From an uncultured Gemmatimonadaceae bacterium (GTDB taxonomy: Bacteria > Gemmatimonadota > Gemmatimonadetes > Gemmatimonadales > Gemmatimonadaceae), in assembly GCA_963822945.1 (NCBI GenBank), contig CAWGJO010000004.1, positions 105,821-169,820 of the forward strand: a stretch of 64,000 nucleotides of DNA. The letters are read 5' to 3'. Position 1 is the stretch's first letter. Every line of letters starts with the position of its first letter. Both the position numbers and the translations under genes were made by a program. Shown here in pieces: positions 51,202 to 59,657 of the stretch. The notes under the pieces were generated by a model. It saw nothing but the letters and a program-made list of their open reading frames with translations. It was not told where the DNA came from and made no database searches.

Positions 51202-52240
51202 AGTCTGGTTTGCGATCGTCGCCGTGATGTTCACCGGCTACGTGGTGCTCGACGGCTACGACCTCGGTGCCGGCGCGCTGCATCTGTTCGTGGCCCGCAC
51301 CGGCGACGAGCGGCGGCAGGTGCTGGCCGCCGTGGGCCCGTTCTGGGACGCCAACGAGGTGTGGTTGCTGGCGGCGGGCGGTGCGCTCTTCGTGGGGTTC
51401 CCGCGCGTGCTCGCCGTGGGGCTCTCGGGCTTCTATCTGGCCATCTTCCTCGTCATCTGGATGCTGATCCTGCGCGCGGTGGCCATCGAGTTCCGGAGCC
51501 ACGTGACCGACGCGCTCTGGCGTGCCTTCTGGGACGCGATGTTCACGATCGCGAGCGCGCTGCTGGCGATTCTCTGGGGCGCCGCCATCGGCAATGTGAT
51601 CCGCGGATTGCCGCTCGGCGCCAACGGGTGGTTCGCGCTTCCGCTGTTCACCGATTTCAGCGCCAGGGCGCCGGTGGGCATTCTGGACTGGTACACGGTG
51701 CTCACCGGCGTCTTCGCGCTCGTGGCGCTGGTGGGCCACGGCAGCCTGTTCCTGGCCTGGCGTACCGACGGCCCCGTGTACGACCGGGCGCGACGGGTGG
51801 GGTTCCGCGTGTTCGTGCTCCTCGCCGTGCTGTGGCCGGTCGTCACGCTGGCCACGAACGTCGTGAATCCGACGCTGCTGCCGGCGCTTCCGGGGCGTCC
51901 GCTGGCCTGGCTCGGACTGCTGGTGGCGATCGGCGGCCTCGTGGCGGTATTCGTGGGGCTGGCCCGCGCGCGGCTGCTCACCGCGTTTCTCGGGTCGTCT
52001 GCCTGGCTCACGGGCATGCTCGTGGCCACCGCGGCGTGTCTCTATCCGGTGATGCTGCGCGCGGTCCCCGACGCCGCGTATTCGATCACCGCGAGCGAGT
52101 CCGGCAACTCGGCGGCGGGGTTGCATACCGCGCTGGGCTGGTGGGTGGTGGGCTTCCCCATCGCCATCGTGTACTTCGCGATCCTCTTCCGCCTCCACCG
52201 GGGCAAGGCGGTGGCGGCGGAAGAGGGGAAGGGCTACTGA
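51194..52240 (+). CDS. cydB: Cytochrome bd oxidase subunit II
   Basis: YVVLDGYDLG, GPFWDANEVWL, LRAVAIEFR; overlaps the cydA stop. Confidence 0.96.
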   Translation: MFEVWFAIVAVMFTGYVVLDGYDLGAGALHLFVARTGDERRQVLAAVGPFWDANEVWLLAAGGALFVGFPRVLAVGLSGFYLAIFLVIWMLILRAVAIEFRSHVTDALWRAFWDAMFTIASALLAILWGAAIGNVIRGLPLGANGWFALPLFTDFSARAPVGILDWYTVLTGVFALVALVGHGSLFLAWRTDGPVYDRARRVGFRVFVLLAVLWPVVTLATNVVNPTLLPALPGRPLAWLGLLVAIGGLVAVFVGLARARLLTAFLGSSAWLTGMLVATAACLYPVMLRAVPDAAYSITASESGNSAAGLHTALGWWVVGFPIAIVYFAILFRLHRGKAVAAEEGKGY

Positions 52241-52243
52241 CGC

Positions 52244-52265
52244 CGGCGGCGGCTACCCGCCGCCG
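52244..52265. terminator. 9-bp hairpin between convergent cydB and ggt
   Basis: CGGCGGCGG-ctac-CCGCCGCCG fills most of the 25-nt gap. Confidence 0.5.
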
Positions 52266-54284
52266 TCACCATGCGATTCCGTAGTCCTCGCCGTGGTTGC
52301 TCGACGCGCCCCACATGGTGTGGTTCGTGGTGTCGAACATGATCGCGTTGATCGGGCCCGACGTGCGTCCGGCGAACCGGAGCGTGTAGCCCAGGAGTTC
52401 CAGCGCGCGCCGCGTGGAGTCCGGCAGGGAGGTGGCCACCAGCATCCGTCCGGGCTCGTTCTCGTGCAACCCGAACGACGACCGCATCTGGTAGCTGTTG
52501 AAGTTCGGCGCCTCGGCGGCCTCCTGCGGCGTCATGCCGAACTCGACCACGTTCAGGAAGAACTGCAGCAGGTTCTGATCCTGCGAGTCGCCGCCCTGCA
52601 CGGCGAAGGCCAGGAAGGGCTTCCCGTCTTTCAGGGCGAGAGTCGGCGTGAGTGTCACGCGCGGGCGTTGGCCCGGCTGGATCACATTGTAGGGGCCGTC
52701 ACTCGCGTACGTCACGAAGCTCTGCGCCCGCTCGCTGAGCCCGATGCCGCTGTGGCCCGCGATCACCGCCGGCACCCAGCCGCCGCTCGGCGTCACCGAC
52801 ACGACCCATCCCGCCGAGTCGGCGGAGACGATGGAGGTCGTGCCGTCGTAGAAGGCGGTGGTGAACGACGAGTCGGCACGGCTCGCGTGGTTGGGCAGGA
52901 ACTCCAGCGGTCCCGACATGCGGCCCACGACGTTCGTGTCGCGCTTCACGGGGCGCACCAGGTCCTGCTCGCCGCCGACCGGACCCTGCTTGCCCGGCTC
53001 GAAGTTCAGCGGATTCCACTGCGCGAGCAGCGACGTGAACGGATTCGTGCCGCCCTGGAACGGATACGGGTTTCCCGGCTTCACCGTCGAGTCGTTGTGC
53101 GTCCAGTCGATCTCGTTGAATCGATGGCGGGCGTAGGCCTTGGACAGCAGTCCCTTCACGGGCTCGGCGGGCGGAAAGTACGGATCGCCGTAATAGAAGT
53201 CGCGGTCGGCATACGCCAGGTTCATCACCTGGTAGAGCGTGTGGATGTACTGCGGGGAGTTGTAGCCCATCGCCTTCACGTTGGTGTCGGCGAGCATGTT
53301 CAACATCTGCAGCATCACCGGGCCCTGCTGCCAGATCGGGAGCTTGTAGACCTCGATGCCCTTGTAGTCGGTGCTCAGCGGCTGCTCGATGTGCACCTTC
53401 CAGTTGGCGAGGTCGGCCATCGTGAACAGGCCGCCCTCCTCGCGCATGCCGCGGACGATCTCGCGGGCGATGTCGCCCTTGTAGAACCGGTCGTAGGCGG
53501 CATAGATCGCCTGCTTGCGGGTCTTGCCGGCCTTGAGCGCCCGCTGCTCGGCGTCCACCAGCTTGCGCCAGGTGGCGGCGAGGTCGGGTTGGCGGAAGAT
53601 CTCGCCGGCATAGGGGCCCGGGTGATCGGTGCCGGGGTGCGTGAACATCACCTCGCGCGAGTACTTCCACTGCGCGAGCGTGTCCTTGTAGAACTGGATC
53701 GTGTTGCAGATCTGTGCTTCGATGGCGTACCCGTCGGCCATCTGAATGGCGGGCGCCAGAATCTGCTTCAGCGACAGCGTGCCGTATTCGGCCTCCATCG
53801 TGAGCAGCCCGCCCACCGTGCCCGGAGTGACGGCGGCCAGCGGACCGTACTGCGGCGGGAAGCGATATCCCTTGCGGTGGTAATACGCGGCGGTCGCCCC
53901 GGTGGGCGCCACGCCCAGCGCGTCGATGCCGATCACCTTGTGCGTGTGGGGATTGTAGATGAGGGCCTGGGTTTCGCCGCCACACGAGAGTGTGTCCCAC
54001 ATCGTGCAGCCGGCGGCGAGCATCGCCGCCGCGGCATCGACGGCGTTGCCGCCCTCGGCGAAGATCAGCGCGCCGGCCGTGGCCGAGAGCGGCTTTCCGG
54101 TGATGGCGAGCCAGTGCTTGGCCATCAGCGGGGGCTTTTCCGTCTGGGAGTTGCGCGGATCCTCGGCCTGGCGCGGCTGCGCGGTCCGGGGGCGGCCGCG
54201 CCGCTGCGCCTGCAGCGCCATCGGGGTCAGGGCCAGCAGCGCCGCCACGGCGAGGCGGCGCGCGGGAATACGGTATCTGGTCAT
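52266..54284 (-). CDS. ggt: Secreted gamma-glutamyltransferase (T3 Ntn-hydrolase) family protein
   Basis: Signal peptide; GGNAVDAAAA, AVTPGTVGG, FYKGDIA, AYADRDFYYGDP, nucleophile G|TTS, PGQRPRVTLTP, QGGDSQDQ. Confidence 0.9.
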   Translation of the reverse strand: MTRYRIPARRLAVAALLALTPMALQAQRRGRPRTAQPRQAEDPRNSQTEKPPLMAKHWLAITGKPLSATAGALIFAEGGNAVDAAAAMLAAGCTMWDTLSCGGETQALIYNPHTHKVIGIDALGVAPTGATAAYYHRKGYRFPPQYGPLAAVTPGTVGGLLTMEAEYGTLSLKQILAPAIQMADGYAIEAQICNTIQFYKDTLAQWKYSREVMFTHPGTDHPGPYAGEIFRQPDLAATWRKLVDAEQRALKAGKTRKQAIYAAYDRFYKGDIAREIVRGMREEGGLFTMADLANWKVHIEQPLSTDYKGIEVYKLPIWQQGPVMLQMLNMLADTNVKAMGYNSPQYIHTLYQVMNLAYADRDFYYGDPYFPPAEPVKGLLSKAYARHRFNEIDWTHNDSTVKPGNPYPFQGGTNPFTSLLAQWNPLNFEPGKQGPVGGEQDLVRPVKRDTNVVGRMSGPLEFLPNHASRADSSFTTAFYDGTTSIVSADSAGWVVSVTPSGGWVPAVIAGHSGIGLSERAQSFVTYASDGPYNVIQPGQRPRVTLTPTLALKDGKPFLAFAVQGGDSQDQNLLQFFLNVVEFGMTPQEAAEAPNFNSYQMRSSFGLHENEPGRMLVATSLPDSTRRALELLGYTLRFAGRTSGPINAIMFDTTNHTMWGASSNHGEDYGIAW

Positions 54285-54292
54285 GGCGTGAC

Positions 54293-57200
54293 TCACGGAA
54301 TCGGTTTCATGGAGGGCGCAGGCACGATGACCACGGCCTTGCCGTTGAGCAGCGTGTTGAACGCGGCCACCTGGTCGCCGAGCAGGGCGTCGATCTTGGC
54401 CTGAACGGCCGGCCACTGCGCCTGCAGATCGGCGAGGCGCGTCTTCACGCCGTTGGTCACCGGCATGTACGACCCGTCCACCTGGCTGGCGAGGTAGGCG
54501 TACTGATCCACGACGCCGTTCGGAAAGTTGATGATGTCCTGCCCGTTGGTGTGTTTGGGCTGCACGAGCGCGACGCTCAGCGAATCCAACCGGCCGGCGA
54601 GCGTCTTGCCCATCGACGACACGCTGTCGCTCTTCGGCAGGTCCTTGGCATGCGCGACGATGGCCTTCACCTGATCGCGTACGTCGTTCAGCCGCTTGGC
54701 GTCGTGGAAGATGGCGTTGGCGCGCGCTTCGATGGTGGTGATCACCCGCTGTTCCTCTGCCACCTGGGCCGGCGTCAGATGCACGCGCGGGTCCTGCTTC
54801 ACGGTGAGCGGCGCGGTCTCGCTCCGTCCAGCGACGGTGAGTCGAACCGTGTACGCGCCGGGCGCCACCAGGTGGCCGTCCGTGGAGCCGAAGAAGTTCA
54901 CGCCGTGTGGCGCGTCGAGCGGCGCGGTGCGCAGATCCCAGACGGTGCGGTGCATGCCGGGGGTGCCGGGCACCGGCCGCGTTCCCGGCTTCGCCTTGCT
55001 CTCGTACGTGCGGATCACCTGGTTGCCGGCGTCGAGGATCTCCAGCTTCACCTTGGTGGAGTCGGTGCCGGCGGCGAGGTGATAGTAGATGATGGCCCCG
55101 CTCGGCGGGTTGGCGCCGGCCGGACTGCTGCTCAGCCCGCCGCCGAATCCGCCGCCCCACTCGGTGAGGTAGGCCGGGCGGGGTGCGAACAGCTTCGTCG
55201 TCGAGGCGGCCACCTGCTCGGCGCCCTGTTCGAGCGGACTCACGTCGTCCAGAATCCAGAACGCGCGCCCTTCGGTGGACGCCACCAGGTCGCCGCGGCG
55301 AAGCTGGAGGTCCGTGACCGGCACCGGCGGCAGATTCGCCTGCAGACTCTGCCAGTGCGCTCCGTCGTCGAACGAGACGTAGGCGCCGGTTTCGGTGCCC
55401 GCGTAGAGCAGCCCGCGGCGCACCTTGTCGGCCCGGACCACGCGCACCTGATCGCCGTCGCGGATGCCGGTGACGATCTGCTTCCACGAGCGGCCGTAGT
55501 CCGTGGTCACGTAGATGTGCGGCGCCCAGTCGCTCCACTTGTAGCCGTCGTACGTGATGTACGCGGTGCCAGCTTCCCACGGCGACACCTCGATGGCGTT
55601 GACGAAGCCCGGGCCGACCCCCTTGGGCGTGACGTCGTGCCACGTCTTCCCGCCGTCCCGCGTCAGCTGCACGAGCCCATCGTCGGTGCCCACCCAGATG
55701 GTGTTCGAGTCGTGCGGCGACGGCATGATGTAGTAGATGGTGTTGTAGACCTCGCCGCCGGCGCCCTCGTTCGTGATCGGCGCGCCGCCCCAGCCCTGGT
55801 GCGCCTTCTCGTTGCGCGTGAGGTCGGGGCTGATCGGCGTCCACGTCTGGCCGCGGTCGTTCGACCGGAACAGCACCTGCGCGCCGTCGTACAGCACGTG
55901 CGGATCCTGCGGGGAGACGGCGAGCGGCGAACTCCAGTTGAACCGGTACTTGATGGAGTCCGACGGCATGTTGAGGTTGAGCTGCGGATACGCCATCACG
56001 CCCCGCGTCATGCGCGTCGTGCGGTCGAACTCCTCCAGGATGCCCTGATAGCAGTCTCCGTAGATATACCGCGGATCATCGGGGTCGAACACCAGATGGG
56101 AACTCTCGCACCCGGCCACCGAGTACCAGTCGCCGGCGCGAATCCCGCCCGGCCAGGCGCTGGGAATCGCGATCGAGGTGTTGTCCTGCTGCGCCCCGTA
56201 CACCCAGTACGGGTACTGGTTGTCGGTGTTCACGCGGTAGATCTGCCCGGTGGGCTGATTGTCCTGCGTGGACCACGACTTGCCGCCGTCGAGCGTGACC
56301 GTGGCGCCGCCATCGTTGCCGTTGATCATGTCGTCGTGGTTGCGCGGGTTGATCCACAGGTCGTGGTTGTCGCCGTGCAGGCCGCGCAGCACCTGGAAGC
56401 TCTTGCCGCCGTCGATGGACTTCAGGATCTGGGCGTTCATGACATAGACCACGTTCTGGTCCTGCGGATCGGCCATGATGCGCGTGTAGTACCACGACCG
56501 CGACCGGATCAGCCGCTCGTCGCTCAGGTGCGTCCAGCTGTCGCCGTCGTCATCCGACCGGTAGACGCCGCCGGTGTCGCCCCTGGCTTCGATGATCGCG
56601 AAGACCCGGTGCGGGTTGGCTTCGGACACCGAGACACCGATCCGGCCGATGAGTGCGGCGGGCCATCCGTGGCCGGCGATGCGCTTCCACGTGGCGCCGG
56701 CGTCGGTGCTCCGGTAGATGGCGCTGCCGGGCCCGCCGCTGCGGATCTGCCAGGGCAGTCGCTGGAAGTCCCAGAACGCCGCGAACAACTCGCGCGGGTT
56801 CGCCGGGTTGATGGCCAGGTCGATGGCCGAAACGCTGTCGCTCGGGTGGAGGAGCAACGTCCAGTGGGCGCCGCCGTCGGTGCTCTTGTAGATGCCGCGG
56901 TCCGGGCCGAACGTCCATCGGCTTCCTTCGGCGGCGGCGTACACGACGTCGGCGTTCCGCGGATCGACGCGGATCTGGGCAATCGACTTGGTGGCCTCGA
57001 GCCCCGTGTAGGTCCACGTCTTGCCGGCGTCGGTGGAACGGTAGACGCCGTCGCCCCAGGTGGACGATTGGCCGCGCGGCTCGCGCTCCCCCATGCCGGC
57101 GTAGACCACGTTCGGATCGCTCGGCGCCACGGCCAGCGACCCGATCGAGCCGCGGCGAATCTGGCCGTCCGAGATGTTGCGCCAGGTCTCGCCGGCGTCC

Positions 57201-57463
57201 TCGGTCTTCCAGATGCCACCGCCCGTGGCGCCCATGTAGAAGGTGAGCGGCTCCGACGCGACGCCCGTCACCGTGGTGACGCGACCGCCCCGATACGGGC
57301 CGATGCTGCGCCAATGCAACCCACCGAAGTGCGTGGAATCGAAGGTGGCGGCGCCGGTGGGGCCGGGCGAGGGAGCCTGTGCGCCGAGAACCGGCGGCGC
57401 GACGGCGAGCAACGTGGCGGCGGCGATGGCGCGCGCCGAGGAGCGAACGGAGAGGAAGCGCAT
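54293..57463 (-). CDS. Sec-exported BNR/Asp-box (VPS10-like) repeat protein, putative glycosyl hydrolase
   Basis: Signal peptide; WRSIGPYRGGR; many Asp-boxes; HGDNHDLWINP, GNDGG, NQPTGQIY, GAQQDN, RFNWSSP. Confidence 0.88.
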   Translation of the reverse strand: MRFLSVRSSARAIAAATLLAVAPPVLGAQAPSPGPTGAATFDSTHFGGLHWRSIGPYRGGRVTTVTGVASEPLTFYMGATGGGIWKTEDAGETWRNISDGQIRRGSIGSLAVAPSDPNVVYAGMGEREPRGQSSTWGDGVYRSTDAGKTWTYTGLEATKSIAQIRVDPRNADVVYAAAEGSRWTFGPDRGIYKSTDGGAHWTLLLHPSDSVSAIDLAINPANPRELFAAFWDFQRLPWQIRSGGPGSAIYRSTDAGATWKRIAGHGWPAALIGRIGVSVSEANPHRVFAIIEARGDTGGVYRSDDDGDSWTHLSDERLIRSRSWYYTRIMADPQDQNVVYVMNAQILKSIDGGKSFQVLRGLHGDNHDLWINPRNHDDMINGNDGGATVTLDGGKSWSTQDNQPTGQIYRVNTDNQYPYWVYGAQQDNTSIAIPSAWPGGIRAGDWYSVAGCESSHLVFDPDDPRYIYGDCYQGILEEFDRTTRMTRGVMAYPQLNLNMPSDSIKYRFNWSSPLAVSPQDPHVLYDGAQVLFRSNDRGQTWTPISPDLTRNEKAHQGWGGAPITNEGAGGEVYNTIYYIMPSPHDSNTIWVGTDDGLVQLTRDGGKTWHDVTPKGVGPGFVNAIEVSPWEAGTAYITYDGYKWSDWAPHIYVTTDYGRSWKQIVTGIRDGDQVRVVRADKVRRGLLYAGTETGAYVSFDDGAHWQSLQANLPPVPVTDLQLRRGDLVASTEGRAFWILDDVSPLEQGAEQVAASTTKLFAPRPAYLTEWGGGFGGGLSSSPAGANPPSGAIIYYHLAAGTDSTKVKLEILDAGNQVIRTYESKAKPGTRPVPGTPGMHRTVWDLRTAPLDAPHGVNFFGSTDGHLVAPGAYTVRLTVAGRSETAPLTVKQDPRVHLTPAQVAEEQRVITTIEARANAIFHDAKRLNDVRDQVKAIVAHAKDLPKSDSVSSMGKTLAGRLDSLSVALVQPKHTNGQDIINFPNGVVDQYAYLASQVDGSYMPVTNGVKTRLADLQAQWPAVQAKIDALLGDQVAAFNTLLNGKAVVIVPAPSMKPIP

Positions 57464-57561
57464 ATCCAGAGGGTCGGTCGGAGCGAGTCGCGGGGAGGAT
57501 CGAAGGCAATCGCTCCGAGTATATCACCCGTCGCCGGGCATGGCGAGGCGGGCGCGGCCCG

Positions 57562-58185
57562 CTAGGCGCGGAAGTGCTCGATCCGTTCGTACGGAATGGC
57601 GTTGAACATCGGGAGCCCCGCGGCTTCGATGATCCGCACGAGATCGTCGCGCTCGTGGAATTCCATGTTGTCGCGGTTGATCACCACCGTGTTCGCCTCG
57701 GCGGCCGCCAGCCGCCGGAACTCCGAATCGATGAGCCGGAACCGGTGCACCATCATCTCGACGCTCTCGTGCGGCCGGTTCCGCAGCTTGATGTGCTTCT
57801 CGATGGTGTCGGTGCTCGACGTCAGGCAGATCACGCGGTCCGGATTCCACCAGTCGCCGATGGGCAGGACCTTCCGCAGCTCCGCGTGATCCTCGGCCGG
57901 GTACTCGGCCAGATGCGCTTCGAGGGTGATCCTCGCGCCCTCGAAGAAGATCACGCGGCCCGGCCGGTCATGCTCCATCGCGTCGCGGTAGTTGGCGTCG
58001 TACAGGCGGCCGAAGTAGGCCGTGACGCCCACGGAGTTGCGGCCCGCTTCGATGTCGGCCAACACGCGAGGGTCCCAGACACCCTTCTCGCCCTCGCCGT
58101 AGGCGCCGTTGTGATACAGGTCGGCGAGTTGGCGCACGAGCGTGCTCTTCCCGATGCCGGGGCCTCCGACGATCGCAACGCGCAT
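57562..58185 (-). CDS. P-loop kinase, deoxynucleoside/nucleotide kinase-like
   Basis: GGAGG RBS; Walker A GGPGIGKST; PDRVICL...IKLRNRPHE lid-like segment. Confidence 0.7.
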   Translation of the reverse strand: MRVAIVGGPGIGKSTLVRQLADLYHNGAYGEGEKGVWDPRVLADIEAGRNSVGVTAYFGRLYDANYRDAMEHDRPGRVIFFEGARITLEAHLAEYPAEDHAELRKVLPIGDWWNPDRVICLTSSTDTIEKHIKLRNRPHESVEMMVHRFRLIDSEFRRLAAAEANTVVINRDNMEFHERDDLVRIIEAAGLPMFNAIPYERIEHFRA

Positions 58186-58255
58186 CCGATGGTTCCTCCA
58201 GGGCTGGCGCATTCTAGCGGCCCACCTGCGCCCTGGCAAAGGGTGACGTGCCGGC

Positions 58256-58510
58256 CTACCTGGGCTGGCCGCGGTCGCTCAGCAGCTTGGTGGTGAACCG
58301 TTGCCCCTCACCGATGCGTTCGATCTCCACGGCCGTCGAATCGGTGACCTGTTCCAGATGCGCCAGCCGCGCGTTGATCTCGTCCAGCAACTTGGGGTCC
58401 GCGGCCGGGAGACCGCCCCGGCGGCGGTTGATGATCGCGAGCGTAATCTTGGCGATCGTGCCGAGTAGCGCCATCAGTCCGGTGAACACCAGCACATCCG
58501 TGAGCATCAT
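58256..58510 (-). CDS. Small single-TM protein with a coiled-coil tail
   Basis: Hydrophobic N-terminus, then RLAHLEQVTDSTAVEIERIGEGQRFTTKLL. Confidence 0.65.
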   Translation of the reverse strand: MMLTDVLVFTGLMALLGTIAKITLAIINRRRGGLPAADPKLLDEINARLAHLEQVTDSTAVEIERIGEGQRFTTKLLSDRGQPR

Positions 58511-58603
58511 TTCGGTCACGACAGTCCTCAAGTCGAAGGGCGTGGGGGCGTCTGCGTCCCATACGATGCGGCCGTGCCCGGGGTTTCCGGAAGTGGGGCG
58601 CGC

Positions 58604-59503
58604 TCAGCCACGCGTCGAGTACCGCTGGCGCGCGTCGAGGGCGTCGATGCGCAGTGTCCGTTGCGCGCCTCCGTACACGTTGGCGAACAGCCACTCCAGC
58701 TCCTCGTCCTGCTGCTCGACCGGCAGTTCGCGATGCCAGGCCTTCGGCCGCCCGTCGGTTCCCGGGTTCCACCGGTAGTGGCGGGCCTTGAGCAGATCCT
58801 TGGTCTCGATCGGCGATCCCTCGGCCCAGATGCGCACCGTGCCGCGGCGGGCGTTGTCCAGCAGCAGGCCCATGGGCAGCGTGCCGTCGTCGAAGGGCGT
58901 GGCCAGCAGGTGCACCACGGCCAGCGCGTCCTGGTCGGCGCGGTGGGCCCCGTAGAAGCACCGGCAGCGCTTCATCAGCAGGTATTCGAGCGACGACGAC
59001 GAGAGGCCGTGGCGGCGCCAGTGGACATCGCGTACCGAGCAGGCCCACGCCTTGTCGCGGAAGTCGGCCAGCCGGCGTTCGGCGAACGGACGGTCGAACT
59101 CCGCGTTGTGTGCGATGACGAGCGACACCGGCTCGAGAAAGGTGCGCACCGCGGCTTCGTCGATGTGCTGGCCGGCCACGTCGGCATCCGTGATGCCCGT
59201 GAGCTCCACGATCTCCGGTGGGATGGGCCGCCCCGGGTCGTCGAAGTAGGTGAGCGTCTCGCCGACGTCGATGATGCTTCCCGATGCGGCATCGTACGTG
59301 AAGGGGACCATCGAGAGCTGGATGATCGCGTCGGCGCGCCGGTCCATGCCCGTGGTTTCGACGTCGAGCGCCGCCGCCGTGCGCAATTGTGCTCCGGCGC
59401 TGGGCGCGGCGTACGTCCGCGGCGGATCGAAACGCCGGAGCACGTGGTAGTCGGGCGAGGCGTCCAGCCGGTCGGCGAGTTCGGCGAGTGTGGGTTCTGG
59501 CAT
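58604..59503 (-). CDS. 3'-5' exonuclease (DEDDh, DNA Pol III epsilon-like)
   Basis: ExoI LDVETTG, ExoII IAHNAEFDR, ExoIII AHRADQD; small C-terminal domain KDLLKARHYRW. Confidence 0.9.
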   Translation of the reverse strand: MPEPTLAELADRLDASPDYHVLRRFDPPRTYAAPSAGAQLRTAAALDVETTGMDRRADAIIQLSMVPFTYDAASGSIIDVGETLTYFDDPGRPIPPEIVELTGITDADVAGQHIDEAAVRTFLEPVSLVIAHNAEFDRPFAERRLADFRDKAWACSVRDVHWRRHGLSSSSLEYLLMKRCRCFYGAHRADQDALAVVHLLATPFDDGTLPMGLLLDNARRGTVRIWAEGSPIETKDLLKARHYRWNPGTDGRPKAWHRELPVEQQDEELEWLFANVYGGAQRTLRIDALDARQRYSTRG

Positions 59504-59657
59504 GGTGCAAGATGCCGGCTTGGAGGCGCGAGCGTCCAGGGGCCGTCGTGGGTGTGGCGCGTCCGGGCCCGCGGCATTGCGCCGTCCGCCGGGGAACGCG
59601 ATGCTACGATTCAGGATTCACCGTGCGTCCCAACCGCTCATCGAACCGGACTCCCTC

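Noticed and set aside
52266..55844. 1192-aa ORF suggesting an N-terminally extended GGT
   Set aside because: The first ~520 aa are an alternative frame of the BNR gene. GGT has its own ATG and signal peptide at 54284.
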